From NCBI RefSeq assembly GCF_963921235.1, contig NC_086097.1, positions 246,762,001 through 246,826,000 of the forward strand: a stretch of 64,000 nt of DNA, written 5' to 3'. Numbering within the stretch: position 1 is the stretch's first letter; every line of letters starts with the position of its first letter. The translations under genes and the position numbers were made by a program. Below, in pieces: positions 62,370 through 64,000 of this stretch. Under the pieces are notes generated by a model. The model worked only from the letters and a program-made list of their open reading frames with translations. It did not search any database and was not told where the DNA came from. This stretch comes from Mobula hypostoma. Lineage: Eukaryota.

Positions 62370-63760
62370 TTGGAGACAGACAGAATATTGAGTGGCCACG
62401 AAAGAGAAGCCAGGATGGTATGTTGCCTCGCAGGGACTAGGGTCCAGGATGTCTCAGCGCAGTTACAGAAGAATCGTAAGTGGGAGGGTAAGCAGCCACA
62501 GGTTGTACTGCACATTGGCATGAATGACTTAGGTAGAAAGGGGTACAGGTCCTGCACAGTGAATATAGGGAGTTTGGGAACAGGACCTCCAAAGTAGTAA
62601 TCTCTGGGTTACTCCTAGTAACCCAGTCAGAGCAAGAAAAGGATGGTAGCACAGATGAATGAATGGCTAAGGAAGTGGTGCATGGAGCAGGGTTTCAGAT
62701 TTCTGGATCATTGGGATCTCTACAGGGAAGGTACGATCTGTTAAGTCACTCCACTCCTTAAGAAGGGATGGAGGCAGAAAAAAGATAAATATAGGCCAGT
62801 TAGTCTGACTTCAGTGGCTGGGAAGCTTCTGGAGCCCATTAGTAAGGATGAATTTTCAGAGTACCTGGAGGCACATAATAAAGTAGGCCAAAGTCAGGTT
62901 TCCTTCAGGGGAAAATCTCACCTGACAAATTTGTTGGAATTCTTTGAGGAAATAACAGGCAAGATAGACAAAGGAGAGTTAATGGATGTTGTTTACTTGG
63001 ATTTTCGGAAGGTCTTTGACAAGGTGCTGCACATGAAGTTGCGTAACAAGGTAAGAGCCCATGATTTTACAGGAAAGATACAAGCATGGATAGAAGATTC
63101 TCTTATTGGCAGGAGGCAAAGATTGATAAAGGGAGCCTATTCTGGTTGGCTGTTGGTGACAAGCGGTGTTCCGCAGGGGTCAGGACTGAGACTGCTTTTT
63201 TCACGTTATGTCAATGATTTTGATGACAGAATTGTTGGCTTTGAGGCCAAGTTTTTGGATGATATGAAGATAGGTGAAGGGGCAGGTAGTGTTGAGGAAG
63301 CAGCAAGTCTGTAGGACAGATTAGGTGAATGGACAAAGGAAGTGGCAGATGGAATATAGCATAAGTGTATGATTGTACACTTCAGCAGAAGGAATTAAAG
63401 GTGTAAATTATTTTCTAAACAGGGAGAAAACGGAATAATCTGAGGTGGAAAGGGACTTGGGAGGCCTTGTGCAGGATTCTCTAAAGGTTAACTTGCCAGT
63501 TCAGTCAGTGGTAAGAAGGCAAATGCAACGTTAGCATTCATTTCAAAAGGACAAGAACATAAGAGCAAGGATGTGATGCTGAGGCTTTACAAGGCACTGG
63601 TCAGACAACACTAACACTACTGTTAGCAGTTTCGGGCCCCTTATCTAAGAAAAGTTGTGCTTCCATTAGAGGGGGTCCAGAGGAGGTTCATGAGAATTAT
63701 TTTGGGAATGAAAGGGAGTATTTGATGGCACTGGGCTTGTATTCGCTGGAGTTAAAATAA
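62370..63760 (+). mobile_element. Decayed CR1 (ORF1 fragment and RT)
   Basis: MVCCLAGTRV motif and ORF 62814..63314 (YLDFRKVFDKV, SGVPQGS). Confidence 0.85.
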
Positions 63761-63793
63761 GTGCAAAGTGAAAGTGAGTGCAGGTTAACGTAC

Positions 63794-64000
63794 CAAGTCC
63801 GGCAGGCATGGGTTCAGGAGGATCCGGGGGTTCTGGGGGTTCCGCTGGCATCTCAACTTCAGAAACAGTGCTCTCCGCCTCAGCAACAACTTCCTTTTCT
63901 TTTGGCTGAGGTGTCTTAATCAGCTGGGCTAATAAAACGGCCAGTGCACTCTGAATGGCGGTCTGAGCGGAATCAATCTCACTTTTTTGTGGTGGCTGCG
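63794..64000 (-). CDS. CDK13: CDK13 penultimate exon (3' part; continues beyond the window)
   Basis: QPPQKSEIDSAQTAIQSALAVLLAQLIK...PPEP matches the CDK13 AVQSAFAVLLTQLIK region. Phase-1 donor TTG|GTACGT at 63794/63793 is compatible with the last-exon acceptor. Confidence 0.9.

Overview
Eukaryotic (vertebrate) genomic DNA, most likely from a cartilaginous fish and probably a ray or skate. That assignment is inferred from the repeat content: HER1/CR1-type LINEs, HE1/V-SINE-like SINEs, and abundant Rex1 and Penelope-like elements. Host genes: (i) the 3' end of CDK13 on the minus strand, with the penultimate exon at the window edge (63794-64000), the last coding exon at ~51920-51061 ending GRGRGLPY, and a ~2.7 kb repeat-free 3' UTR; (ii) a CpG island at ~8.1-8.8 kb holding a short minus-strand coding exon (8218-8149) that encodes a mitochondrial-type presequence and is probably SUGCT exon 1, given human CDK13-MPLKIP-SUGCT synteny, plus a divergent plus-strand first-exon candidate. 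I could not find MPLKIP coding sequence between the two genes. Most of the rest is nested, decayed transposons: CR1, Rex1/Babar, L1, Nimb/I, RTE, Penelope-like elements (PLE), SINEs, a solo LTR, and Tc1, Tigger and PIF/Harbinger DNA elements, plus three minisatellites. The most notable non-coding system is a family of minimal type I hammerhead ribozyme motifs in the PLE termini. One copy is intact (45945-45982) and one subfamily carries an A6C core variant. A multilayer insertion history at 2.9-7.5 kb can be reconstructed from target-site duplications. There is no CRISPR, tRNA or rRNA gene. Transposon boundaries were read by eye and are approximate unless a TIR or TSD is quoted.
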